A DNA stretch of 64,000 bases from Levilinea sp. (lineage in GTDB: Bacteria > Chloroflexota > Anaerolineae > Anaerolineales > Anaerolineaceae): assembly GCA_034429695.1 (NCBI GenBank), contig DAOUGC010000056.1:32359-96358 (forward strand), in the 5' to 3' direction. The notes beneath the pieces were generated by a model, which had not been told where the DNA came from, did not search any database, and saw only the letters and a program-made list of their open reading frames with translations. The position numbers were made by a program, and so were the translations under genes. This document shows positions 56,123 to 64,000 of this stretch, one piece after another (within the stretch, counting starts at the first letter, position 1; every line of letters starts with the position of its first letter).

Positions 56123-57379
56123 ATGATGGACGAACCGATTGTTGTAGGAATTGATATCGGCACCACAAAAACCTGCACCCTGGTGGCGCGCGTGGAGGGC
56201 GAACACAGCCTGCGCATTCTCGGCGTTGGTATTGAACCCAGTCAGGGAATTCGCAAAGGCAACATTGTTGACCTGGCCGCTGCTTCGCAGTCCATCGCCC
56301 GCTCCATTGAAAAAGCACAGCGCTCCTCAGGCCTTGAGATCACCTCGGCGCTGGTCAGCCTGGCAGGATCACATGTATCATCGGTCAACAGCAAGGGTGT
56401 GGTGGGCATCTCGGGCCGTGTAATTGATCAGGAAGACATGGTGCGTGCGCTGGAGGCTGCCCAGGCGGTTGCCATTCCGCACAATCGCGAGGTCATCCAT
56501 GTCATTCAGCGTGGCTTTACCGTTGACGGGCAGGATGGCATTCGCAACCCCACCGGAATGCACGGATACCGGCTGGAAGTGGAAGCCCATATCATTACAG
56601 CGGCATCCGCCACGGTGGAAAACCTGCGCCAGTGCGTGCAGAGCGCCGGGGTCACCGTGTCTCAGTTTGTGCTCAACCCACTCGCCTCCGCCGAGGTGGT
56701 GCTATCAGAGACCGAACGCCAGATGGGCGTTGTGGTCTGCGACATCGGCGGCGGCACGACCGATATGGCCATCTATATTGATGGCGACGTCTGGCACACC
56801 ATGGTGCTGGCGGTCGGCGGCAACCATATCACGTCTGACATTGCCCACGGCTTGCGCCTGCCCATTACGCAGGCTGAGGATATCAAAAAGCAGTACGGTC
56901 ACGCCATCGAGCACGAGTTGGAAGAGGATGACACCTTCAGTATGCGTGCATTTGGCGATGAACAGGCGCAGTTTGTCAGTCGCAAGGATCTCTCACACAT
57001 CATTGAGGCGCGCGTTGAAGAGATGTTCCTGCTGGTTCTGCAGGAGATCAAACGTTCAGGTTACGACGGCTTGCTGCCTGCTGGCATGGTGTTAACCGGC
57101 GGCGTCAGCAACCTGCCTGGCATCCGTCAGTTGGCAAGTGAAGTACTGGGTCTGCCAGTGCGCATCGCCAAACCCGAAAACCTGGTGGGCCTGGTGGATC
57201 AGCTCCACTCGCCCGCCTATTCCACCAGCATTGGTCTGCTGTACTGGGCGCTCCTGATGAGCGAGACCAATGCCCCCCGCCGTACCCGTCAGACCAAGGC
57301 AACCAGCGCCAGGGCGGAAGGCGGCGTGAATGACTGGTGGGCTTTTATCAGCAATTTCATCCGAAGGCTGCTTCCTTAA
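56123..57379 (+). CDS. ftsA: cell-division protein FtsA
   Basis: IVVGIDIGTTKTC, VVCDIGGGTTDMAIY and LTGGVSNLPG motifs. AGGAG RBS. Confidence 0.95.
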   Translation: MMDEPIVVGIDIGTTKTCTLVARVEGEHSLRILGVGIEPSQGIRKGNIVDLAAASQSIARSIEKAQRSSGLEITSALVSLAGSHVSSVNSKGVVGISGRVIDQEDMVRALEAAQAVAIPHNREVIHVIQRGFTVDGQDGIRNPTGMHGYRLEVEAHIITAASATVENLRQCVQSAGVTVSQFVLNPLASAEVVLSETERQMGVVVCDIGGGTTDMAIYIDGDVWHTMVLAVGGNHITSDIAHGLRLPITQAEDIKKQYGHAIEHELEEDDTFSMRAFGDEQAQFVSRKDLSHIIEARVEEMFLLVLQEIKRSGYDGLLPAGMVLTGGVSNLPGIRQLASEVLGLPVRIAKPENLVGLVDQLHSPAYSTSIGLLYWALLMSETNAPRRTRQTKATSARAEGGVNDWWAFISNFIRRLLP

Positions 57380-57454
57380 CGGTTGATGCAGTCAAAGATG
57401 TTGCAATAACAGGAGAATACCGGAATCGCTCAAAGCAGGAAAAGGAGAAACAAA

Positions 57455-58612
57455 ATGGACCTCATGGCACACTCAGCAAACGAATCATTTGCCCGCATCA
57501 AGGTGGTGGGTGTGGGCGGCGGCGGATGCAATGCCGTCAACCGCATGATTGAAGAAGGTCTGCAGGGCATCGAGTTCATTACTGTGAACACCGATGGCCA
57601 GGCCCTTCTGATGTCGCGCGCACAGACCCGGGTACGCATTGGCGACAAGAGCACGCGCGGGTTGGGCGCGGGCGGCAACCCCGAGATGGGCAAGAAAGCC
57701 GCCGAGGAATCATCCGAGGAACTGCGCGAAGTCCTCAAAGGCTCCGACATGGTGTTTGTCACCGCTGGTCTGGGTGGCGGAACCGGCACTGGCGCCGCCC
57801 CTGTCATCGCGCAGATCGCCAAGGAAGCCGGCGCACTGACCATTGGCGTGGTCACCCGCCCCTTCACCTTTGAAGGCGCCCGGCGTGCCCAGTCATCTGA
57901 AACCGGCATCAATAACCTCAAACAACATGCCGATACATTGATCGTCATCCCCAATGACCGCCTGCTGCAGATCGTGGATAAACGCGCCAGCCTGCAGGAA
58001 GCCTTCCGCGTGGCGGATGATGTGTTGCGCCAGGGCATCCAGGGTATTTCCGAGTTGATCACCATCTCCGGTCTGGTCAACCTGGATTTCGCCGACGTGC
58101 GCGCCGTGATGCAGGAAGGCGGCGCCGCCCTCATGGCGGTTGGCCGCGCTTCTGGCGAGGACCGCGCCCGTGTGGCAGCCGAAATGGCCATCTCCAGCCA
58201 GTTGCTCGATATCACCATTGACGGCGCTCGCGGCATCCTGTTCAATGTCACCGGCGGACCCAGCCTGACCCTGTTCGAGGTCAACCAGGCGGCCGCGATC
58301 ATCAAGGAAACCGCCCACCCGGACGTAAACCTGATCTTCGGTGCGGTGATCGACCCCAACATGACCGAGGAAATCCGCATTACCGTGATCGCTACCGGTT
58401 TCGACCGTGCCGATCCGCGCATGCCCATCAATGACCGCATCCACCGCCCTGTGCCCAGCACCGACCACGTGCCTGTGCAACATCAGCGGCCCACTGAACG
58501 GGTGGAACGTCCCATCCAGACTCCCCAGCCTGCACCGGTGGAGTTCAATACACGCGTCAACACAGACGATCTGGATATCCCAGCCTTCCTGCGCAAGCGC
58601 GGCCAGCACTAA
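57455..58612 (+). CDS. ftsZ: cell-division GTPase FtsZ
   Basis: [17 protein letters not shown] and [15 protein letters not shown] (tubulin signature); C-terminal [12 protein letters not shown] peptide. AAGGAGAA RBS. Confidence 0.97.
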   Translation: MDLMAHSANESFARIKVVGVGGGGCNAVNRMIEEGLQGIEFITVNTDGQALLMSRAQTRVRIGDKSTRGLGAGGNPEMGKKAAEESSEELREVLKGSDMVFVTAGLGGGTGTGAAPVIAQIAKEAGALTIGVVTRPFTFEGARRAQSSETGINNLKQHADTLIVIPNDRLLQIVDKRASLQEAFRVADDVLRQGIQGISELITISGLVNLDFADVRAVMQEGGAALMAVGRASGEDRARVAAEMAISSQLLDITIDGARGILFNVTGGPSLTLFEVNQAAAIIKETAHPDVNLIFGAVIDPNMTEEIRITVIATGFDRADPRMPINDRIHRPVPSTDHVPVQHQRPTERVERPIQTPQPAPVEFNTRVNTDDLDIPAFLRKRGQH

Positions 58613-58892
58613 GCCAACCGCTTTCCCCGGCTGGGCTGCGCGCAGCAAGCAATGCTGCCTGCCCGGCCGCATGGAGGTCGCCTGGTGATGTGTATCCGCC
58701 CGCCCACGGCTGTGATTCACCTGCCGGTTCCAATTTGGATTGGAACGGGAGGGTTATCTGCTGAACGTTTATTGGCCTGCTTGCCCGATTCTGGACCACC
58801 CGGTTGAGCGACCGGTCATCCAGTTGGTAGTTTTCTCCTGTTTTGGCGGCGAGTCTGTGGTTCTCCCCACAGGCTCGTTGTCATTAAACAAT

Positions 58893-58924
58893 CACCGCCC
58901 CCATCGTCATGATCGGGGGCGGTG
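58893..58924 (-). terminator. terminator hairpin after the NBR1-like lipoprotein gene
   Basis: CACCGCCCCC / GGGGGCGGTG stem with an 11-12-nt loop. Minus-strand tail is ATTGTTTAATG. Confidence 0.55.
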
Positions 58925-58948
58925 CTGATTAACCCTGCCTGCGTTTGA

Positions 58949-59944
58949 TTAACTGCACGTGACCTTGAAATTCCACGGCCCAAACCACTGATGGTTGGGG
59001 TTGTCCACGTACAACTTGATCCAACCCTCATATGAAGAGCTGAGTGTCCAGGTGTAGGTGACCGTTTTGGTGCCTGCCTCGGTGAACTCTACCGACTGGG
59101 TGGAGCTGTTGGCGCCATCCGAACGGTTGATGTAATAGGTCACTGTACCGGCTTTGGAAGCCTTGATGGTAATCGTCCAGGTCACCGTATGGGCGGTGGC
59201 GCACGAACCTGACCAGTTGGCATTATCTGCTGACCCATTAACGCTGGTCACGGCAAAGTTCACCGGGGTGACCCCCACCACAATCTTCACCCACCACGGC
59301 TTGTCTGCAGAGCCCATGCCAAAACGGACCCCGGATGCGTTCTGCAACTTCCAGAAACCCTGATAAGTGTTGGGGTTGCTCGGGGCAGTCAAATTCACCG
59401 ATAGGTCAACCGTCTGACCCGGAGCAACATTGCCGGGTAGCGCCACCGAAGCAGGACCGCCCATGGCTTCACCGCTGTCAAACACCATTTTATAGTTGGT
59501 GGTCCATGTGCATGAACCAACATTCTTGATCCTCCAGGTTTTGACAAAACTGGCGCCCGGCCCATAACCGGTGTTGTCCGGAACTGTCACATCCGTGACA
59601 AATTCAACCCTGTCACACGGAACTGCCGTTGGAGGCACGGCGGTGGGCTGCGCCGGAACCGCTGTCAGGCTGGGTAACGCCGGGTTGGTTGGCGCTGAGG
59701 TTTGGGTGGGGGCGACCGTGGCAGTGGGGACATCACCACCGGTCTGCCCACCGGTGGCCGGTGTAACCTGGCTTTGCGCCACCTGTGTGGACAGAGCAAT
59801 CACCGTCTGGGCGGCGGCTGTATCCACGGCAGCCATCGGGTTGGTGGTGGCATCCGTTGATTGTTGGTTCTGAGGCAGGTTGCAGGCCCCCAGTAAAATG
59901 CTGATTAAGACCAGGATACTGGCAATAATGCTGATTTTTCTCAT
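58949..59944 (-). CDS. secreted lipoprotein with NBR1-like Ig-fold domain(s)
   Basis: Signal peptide plus lipobox (LLGAC) and a T/P/A-rich linker. FVKTWRIKNVGSCTWTTNYKMVFDSGEAMGG...GFWKLQN matches the NBR1-type Ig-like motif as I recall it. Confidence 0.65.
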   Translation of the reverse strand: MRKISIIASILVLISILLGACNLPQNQQSTDATTNPMAAVDTAAAQTVIALSTQVAQSQVTPATGGQTGGDVPTATVAPTQTSAPTNPALPSLTAVPAQPTAVPPTAVPCDRVEFVTDVTVPDNTGYGPGASFVKTWRIKNVGSCTWTTNYKMVFDSGEAMGGPASVALPGNVAPGQTVDLSVNLTAPSNPNTYQGFWKLQNASGVRFGMGSADKPWWVKIVVGVTPVNFAVTSVNGSADNANWSGSCATAHTVTWTITIKASKAGTVTYYINRSDGANSSTQSVEFTEAGTKTVTYTWTLSSSYEGWIKLYVDNPNHQWFGPWNFKVTCS

Positions 59945-60114
59945 CGTTCCTCCTGAATGAGCGAACTGGTTCCTTCGAAAGCCAAAATATTGTTTGAATT
60001 ATCAGTAACTGTCTGCTTCACATTATAACCCGCTGATCCATCCACAACAATTGACGTAATTTCCATCCCTTTGGTTCCTATTTAGTGTAACCCCCTGCTT
60101 CAACTTGGGTTATC

Positions 60115-61077
60115 ATGTATATCCAATCATGGAGATGTCATGTGAAAAAACCAGACCATGTCTTTATATCCGCTGCCACCCGTCAGTTTTGGCGGACTGG
60201 ACGATCCATCCGGGGATACCGTTTGTTTGACTTCCTGCATGGATATTTTTATGCGCGCTTCCCTTATTTATACATAAGTGTTGGAACCGGGCAGCACCCC
60301 CTCTCACGAGCGTACTTGTTCCTCTCCAGATTGATTACAACCATCTTCGGCAAAAAGGAGCCTGAAAATCAGGGTCAAACCGGGGTGGCATTTGCCAACA
60401 CCTATCATGGCAAGGTCATTCCGTTGGAAACGGCACGCCAACTGGTCAGTATCAGGGAAAATATTACCGTCCAATATCCTGAACAGGTCATACCGTACGA
60501 CCGGGCCAGAGATCTGATCCTGAACAACCCTGACCATATCCTGGTGATTGATTGCCCGTGCCGCGCTGCCCGCCCCAACCCTTGTCAGCCCATGGATGTA
60601 TGCCTGATCATCGGTGAACCATTTACAGCAATGGTCAGGCAACACCACCCCACCCGCAGCCGCTGGTTAACCCGCGATGAAGCAATCAGGATTCTGGAAG
60701 AGGAAGATCAACGCGGTCATGTCCATCATGCATTCTTTAAAGATGCCATGCTTGGCAGATTCTATGCCATTTGCAACTGCTGTGAATGTTGTTGCGGCGC
60801 CATCCGGTCATTCAAGAACCATGTTCCCATGCTGGCATCCTCGGGCTTTGTCGCCAGTGTGGACCGCGACGCCTGTATTGGATGCGGTACGTGTGTGGAT
60901 TATTGCCAGTTTGATGCCCTGAGCGATCATGACGGCTATGCGCAGGTGGATTCGGCGCTGTGCATGGGCTGCGGTGTGTGCGTCTCCAAATGCCCTTCCG
61001 GAGCGCTCAGCCTTGTCCAGGACCCATCCCGTGGCCTGCCCATGCAAATCCCCCCGCTTTATGCTCCTCCCATCTGA
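60115..61077 (+). CDS. Cys-rich iron-sulfur protein with C-terminal 2x[4Fe-4S] ferredoxin domain
   Basis: CIGCGTCVDYC and CMGCGVCVSKCP ferredoxin motifs. Upstream Cys clusters DCPCRAARPNPCQPMDVC and CNCCECCCG. Start uncertain; GTG 60142 is possible. Confidence 0.7.
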   Translation: MYIQSWRCHVKKPDHVFISAATRQFWRTGRSIRGYRLFDFLHGYFYARFPYLYISVGTGQHPLSRAYLFLSRLITTIFGKKEPENQGQTGVAFANTYHGKVIPLETARQLVSIRENITVQYPEQVIPYDRARDLILNNPDHILVIDCPCRAARPNPCQPMDVCLIIGEPFTAMVRQHHPTRSRWLTRDEAIRILEEEDQRGHVHHAFFKDAMLGRFYAICNCCECCCGAIRSFKNHVPMLASSGFVASVDRDACIGCGTCVDYCQFDALSDHDGYAQVDSALCMGCGVCVSKCPSGALSLVQDPSRGLPMQIPPLYAPPI

Positions 61078-61130
61078 CAAACCTGCCAGTATGTTATAAT
61101 GCCGCCAGGGGGCATTAAAGGATGGGGAAT

Positions 61131-62318
61131 ATGATTGAAAAACCAGACTCTTTTCGTTACATAATCATCGGCGGTGGAATGACCGCCGCTGCCGCTCTCA
61201 AAGGCATCCGCGCTGTGGATCAAGAGGGTTCCATTGGCATTTTCTCAGCCGAGAAAAACCCCCCGTATAACCGCCCTCCATTGACGAAGGGTCTATGGCA
61301 GGGTAAATCCATTGATCGTATCTGGCGACCCGTGGAGGCATACAACGCCGCCATATTTCTAAATACCAGAGTGGGTCGGCTTAACCTGGCAGAAAAAACA
61401 ATCCAGACCACGGATGGCAGCCTGTACGGGTATGAAAAGTTGTTGCTGGCCACCGGGGGAGATGTAAATCGCCTGCCATTTGGTGACGGCTTGATCCATT
61501 ACTACCGCACTCTGGATGATTATCACGATATCCGCGCGCTCACCGCACAGGGTTCCAGCTTCGCGTTAATCGGCGGCGGCTTTATCTGCTCAGAACTGGC
61601 TGCCTCGCTACATTCTCTCGGATGCCAGGTTTCCATGGTGTTCCCGGAGAACGGCATTAACGCCAGGGTGATGCCAGTGGATGTATCTGCGCATATCACC
61701 GATGAATACCGCCGCAGGGGTGTTCAGATATTTACAGGCGAGAGCGTGGAGAGCGTGACGGGTCAACCCGGGGAGATTTCCCTCAAGCTATCTTCGGGGC
61801 GTACCCTGCAAGCTGCCACCGTGATCGCCGGGGTGGGCATCCGCCCGGCCACCACACTTGCGGCTGAAGCCGGACTGGAAGTGGACAACGGAATTGTGGT
61901 AAACGACATGTGCCAGACATCAGAACCAGACGTGTATGCGGCTGGAGATGTGGCTTCCTTCCACAACCCCCAACTCGACAAACGCCTGCGCGTCGAACAT
62001 GAAGACAACGCCAACAGCATGGGCGAGATCGCAGGACGCAACATGGCGGGTGAATCTGCTCCGTACCGGCATCTGCCCTTTTTCTACTCCGATATGTTTG
62101 ATTATGGTTATGAGGCGGTCGGCGAACTGGACGGAAGCATGGAAACCTTTGCCGATTGGCAGGAACCCTTTCAAAAGGGCGTGATATATTATTTGAAAGA
62201 TCAACGGGTCAGGGGCGTGCTGTTGTGGAACGTATGGAAACAACTGGACGCCGCCCGCAAGGTCATATCGCAACCGGGGCCGTTTGGTCCCCGCACACTA
62301 AGAGGATTGATCAAATAA
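61131..62318 (+). CDS. FAD/NAD(P)-dependent pyridine nucleotide-disulfide oxidoreductase (ferredoxin-reductase/AIF-like)
   Basis: IIIGGGMTAAAA and LIGGGFICSELA dinucleotide folds; YAAGDVA. ATG 61131 sits behind AAGGA; ATG 61122 is an alternative. Confidence 0.85.
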   Translation: MIEKPDSFRYIIIGGGMTAAAALKGIRAVDQEGSIGIFSAEKNPPYNRPPLTKGLWQGKSIDRIWRPVEAYNAAIFLNTRVGRLNLAEKTIQTTDGSLYGYEKLLLATGGDVNRLPFGDGLIHYYRTLDDYHDIRALTAQGSSFALIGGGFICSELAASLHSLGCQVSMVFPENGINARVMPVDVSAHITDEYRRRGVQIFTGESVESVTGQPGEISLKLSSGRTLQAATVIAGVGIRPATTLAAEAGLEVDNGIVVNDMCQTSEPDVYAAGDVASFHNPQLDKRLRVEHEDNANSMGEIAGRNMAGESAPYRHLPFFYSDMFDYGYEAVGELDGSMETFADWQEPFQKGVIYYLKDQRVRGVLLWNVWKQLDAARKVISQPGPFGPRTLRGLIK

Positions 62319-62332
62319 GTGGAGGAATTTCC

Positions 62333-62956
62333 ATGAGCCCCAGCGTCATCCCCCCGGCAACCGTTGAGGTGCCGGCCATTCCATTTGTGGACAACATTGA
62401 AATGCCCGCGCATGACACCGCCCTGGTGATCGTTGACATGCAGAACGACTTCGTCAAACCGGGCGGCTCACTGGTGGTGCCGGACGCCGCAGGAACCATC
62501 CCCGCCATTCAGCGCCTGCTGACCGCATGCCGGCAGGCGGGTGTACGCGTGGCTTACACCCAGGATACCCAGGTGGAAGACGACAAGGAGTTTGAGGTCT
62601 TTCCGCGGCACTGCCTGCAAGGCACGTGGGGCTGGCAGATCATTGACGAACTGCAACCTGCGCCGCAGGACGTGGTGAGTCCCAAAAACCGCTATGATGG
62701 CTTTTATGAAAGCTGGTTGGACCACTTCCTTAGCCGGGTGTACGGCGTTCACCACTTAATCCTGGTTGGTACAGTCGCCAACATCTGCGTGCTGCATACA
62801 GCCGCATCGGCGGGACTGCGCTATTATCACATCCTGGTTCCGGCGGATGGCATTTCAGCGCTGACCGATTTTGATCAGGCAGCCACCCTGCGCCAGGTCT
62901 CGTGGTTGTACAACGGCCATGTCACCCGCTCAGTTGACCATATCCGCTTTGTCTGA
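62333..62956 (+). CDS. isochorismatase-family cysteine hydrolase (nicotinamidase-like)
   Basis: GGAGGAA RBS. LVIVDMQNDFVKPGGSL, FPRHCLQGTWG and GTVANICVLHTA (catalytic Cys) motifs. Confidence 0.8.
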   Translation: MSPSVIPPATVEVPAIPFVDNIEMPAHDTALVIVDMQNDFVKPGGSLVVPDAAGTIPAIQRLLTACRQAGVRVAYTQDTQVEDDKEFEVFPRHCLQGTWGWQIIDELQPAPQDVVSPKNRYDGFYESWLDHFLSRVYGVHHLILVGTVANICVLHTAASAGLRYYHILVPADGISALTDFDQAATLRQVSWLYNGHVTRSVDHIRFV

Positions 62957-62996
62957 AAAGTTGGGCAGGCCGGGAAACACATTGCGGTGAGCACGG

Positions 62997-64000
62997 GTGA
63001 ATAAAAAGACCCTTCGCATCCTGATACTGTTGTTGCTGATCGCATGGGTGGGGCCTATCGTTGCCTGTAACATGCCGCCACCCGTTGACACAGTGGATCG
63101 CGCCGTTCAGGAGACGCTGCTGGCCACACTCTTTCCCCAGACCACCCTGTCTCCGAACGATCAATTTCCAGGGCTTGCCACCCTGCCGCCCGGCGATCCC
63201 CCGCCTGTGCAGATACCGGCGCCCAGCGGGGATTTATTACCCTATCTTGCCCAGTCCGGCGACACGCTCCAGGCGCTGGCTGCCCGTTTTGGCGTCCCCG
63301 CTGATCAAATCACATCACCAGGTCCCCTGCCTTCCGGGCAGTTGCTCCAACCAGGTCAATTGTTGATGATCCCCAACCTGCTGACCGAGATCGCGCCCGG
63401 AAATGCCATCATGCCTGACAGCGAGGTGATTTACTCACCCACCGGTATTGGGTTCCATGTGGATACCTACGTCCATTCTGCAGGCGGGTTTCTCGCCTCC
63501 TACTCGGAAGAAGTTGAGGGGGAACAACTGAGCGGAGCGCAGATCATTCAGCGCATCGCCGATGAACTGAGTATCCATCCACGCATTCTGCTGGCCGTAC
63601 TGCAGCATGAAACCAACTGGGTGCTCGGACAGCCAACCGACCCAACCAACCTGGCTTTTCCCATCGGTTTCATGGTGCCTGAGTACAGGGGTTTGTACAA
63701 AGAAATGACCCTGGTGGGGCGCCAGCTAACGGTGGGTTTTTACGGCTGGCGGGCAGGCAACGTGGTATCACTGCAATTTCCCGATGGAACCTCCATGCGC
63801 CTGCACCCATCCCTCAACGCTGGCAGTGTGGCAGTTCAATATTTGTTTGCGGTGCTGTATAACCGCGATGGTTGGTCGGGCAATCTGTACGGAGAACATT
63901 CTTTTTCCGCCACCTACCAGCAAATGTTTGGCGACCCGTGGCAGACGGCTGCCCCGTTTGAACCCAACATCCCTTCGGATCTATCCCCGCCGGTATTGGA
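62997..64000 (+). CDS. secreted LysM-domain lipoprotein, 3' end outside window
   Basis: Not in the ORF track because there is no stop in the window. GTG 62997 opens a frame that stays open to base 64000. VNKKTLRILILLLLIAWVGPIVAC is a signal peptide plus lipobox. YLAQSGDTLQALAARFGVPADQI...GQLLMIP is LysM. Confidence 0.7.
   Translation, partial: MNKKTLRILILLLLIAWVGPIVACNMPPPVDTVDRAVQETLLATLFPQTTLSPNDQFPGLATLPPGDPPPVQIPAPSGDLLPYLAQSGDTLQALAARFGVPADQITSPGPLPSGQLLQPGQLLMIPNLLTEIAPGNAIMPDSEVIYSPTGIGFHVDTYVHSAGGFLASYSEEVEGEQLSGAQIIQRIADELSIHPRILLAVLQHETNWVLGQPTDPTNLAFPIGFMVPEYRGLYKEMTLVGRQLTVGFYGWRAGNVVSLQFPDGTSMRLHPSLNAGSVAVQYLFAVLYNRDGWSGNLYGEHSFSATYQQMFGDPWQTAAPFEPNIPSDLSPPVL

Noticed and set aside
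57430-58461. 343-aa minus-strand ORF (and 57893-58720)
   Set aside because: Shadow ORFs antisense to ftsZ, with low-complexity Ser/Arg/Ala-rich translations.
58740-58928. 62-aa ORF downstream of ftsZ
   Set aside because: It has no RBS, an odd composition, and spans the terminator hairpin of the convergent gene. It is likely non-coding.

Overview
GC-rich bacterial chromosomal segment read by eye from the ORF track and raw sequence; no searches or computations were run. Gene content and organisation suggest a Chloroflexota (Anaerolineae-like) genome, but that is a low-confidence inference. I support about 58 CDSs and see no rRNA, tRNA, CRISPR array, transposase or integrase. Two housekeeping superoperons dominate. 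On the minus strand, nusA-ylxR-infB-rbfA-truB-ribF-thyX (19.7 to 11.7 kb) is followed by a separately promoted, T-box(Trp)-controlled trpS-trpB2 pair. On the plus strand a complete dcw cluster runs mraZ-rsmH-ftsL-ftsI-murF-mraY-murD-ftsW-murG-cvpA-like-murC::murB-ddl-ftsQ-ftsA-ftsZ (41.25-58.6 kb). Other content: an MCP 3' fragment; a lipoprotein S33-type hydrolase with an ABC-2 exporter; a NusG-paralog/multi-GAF kinase/FIST unit; a GH13 glucosidase; an Ldh_2 dehydrogenase; a PIN toxin-antitoxin pair; gyrB; two unknown polytopic membrane proteins; a JAMM protein; plsY; an MBL hydrolase; an amino-acid ABC importer; a PRODH/PTR1-like SDR/UbiA-like/MoeA/MoeA-PBP gene string; a methyltransferase; a cNMP-binding kinase; and a Cys-rich Fe-S protein with an FAD reductase and a nicotinamidase-like hydrolase. 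I do not see a defence island or mobile element. The most unusual signals are: (1) the self-contained NusG-paralog + GAF-kinase + FIST transcription unit; (2) a T-box-regulated TrpRS whose KMSKS loop reads TMHTS, co-transcribed with TrpB2; (3) a pterin/Moco-related string containing a UbiA-fold protein with degenerate Asp-rich motifs; (4) dcw peculiarities (murC-murB fusion, no murE, embedded CvpA-like gene, a clean 10-bp-phased MraZ-box array); and (5) a JAMM protease translationally coupled to a polytopic membrane protein. All functional calls rest on motif recognition and should be confirmed with profile searches.
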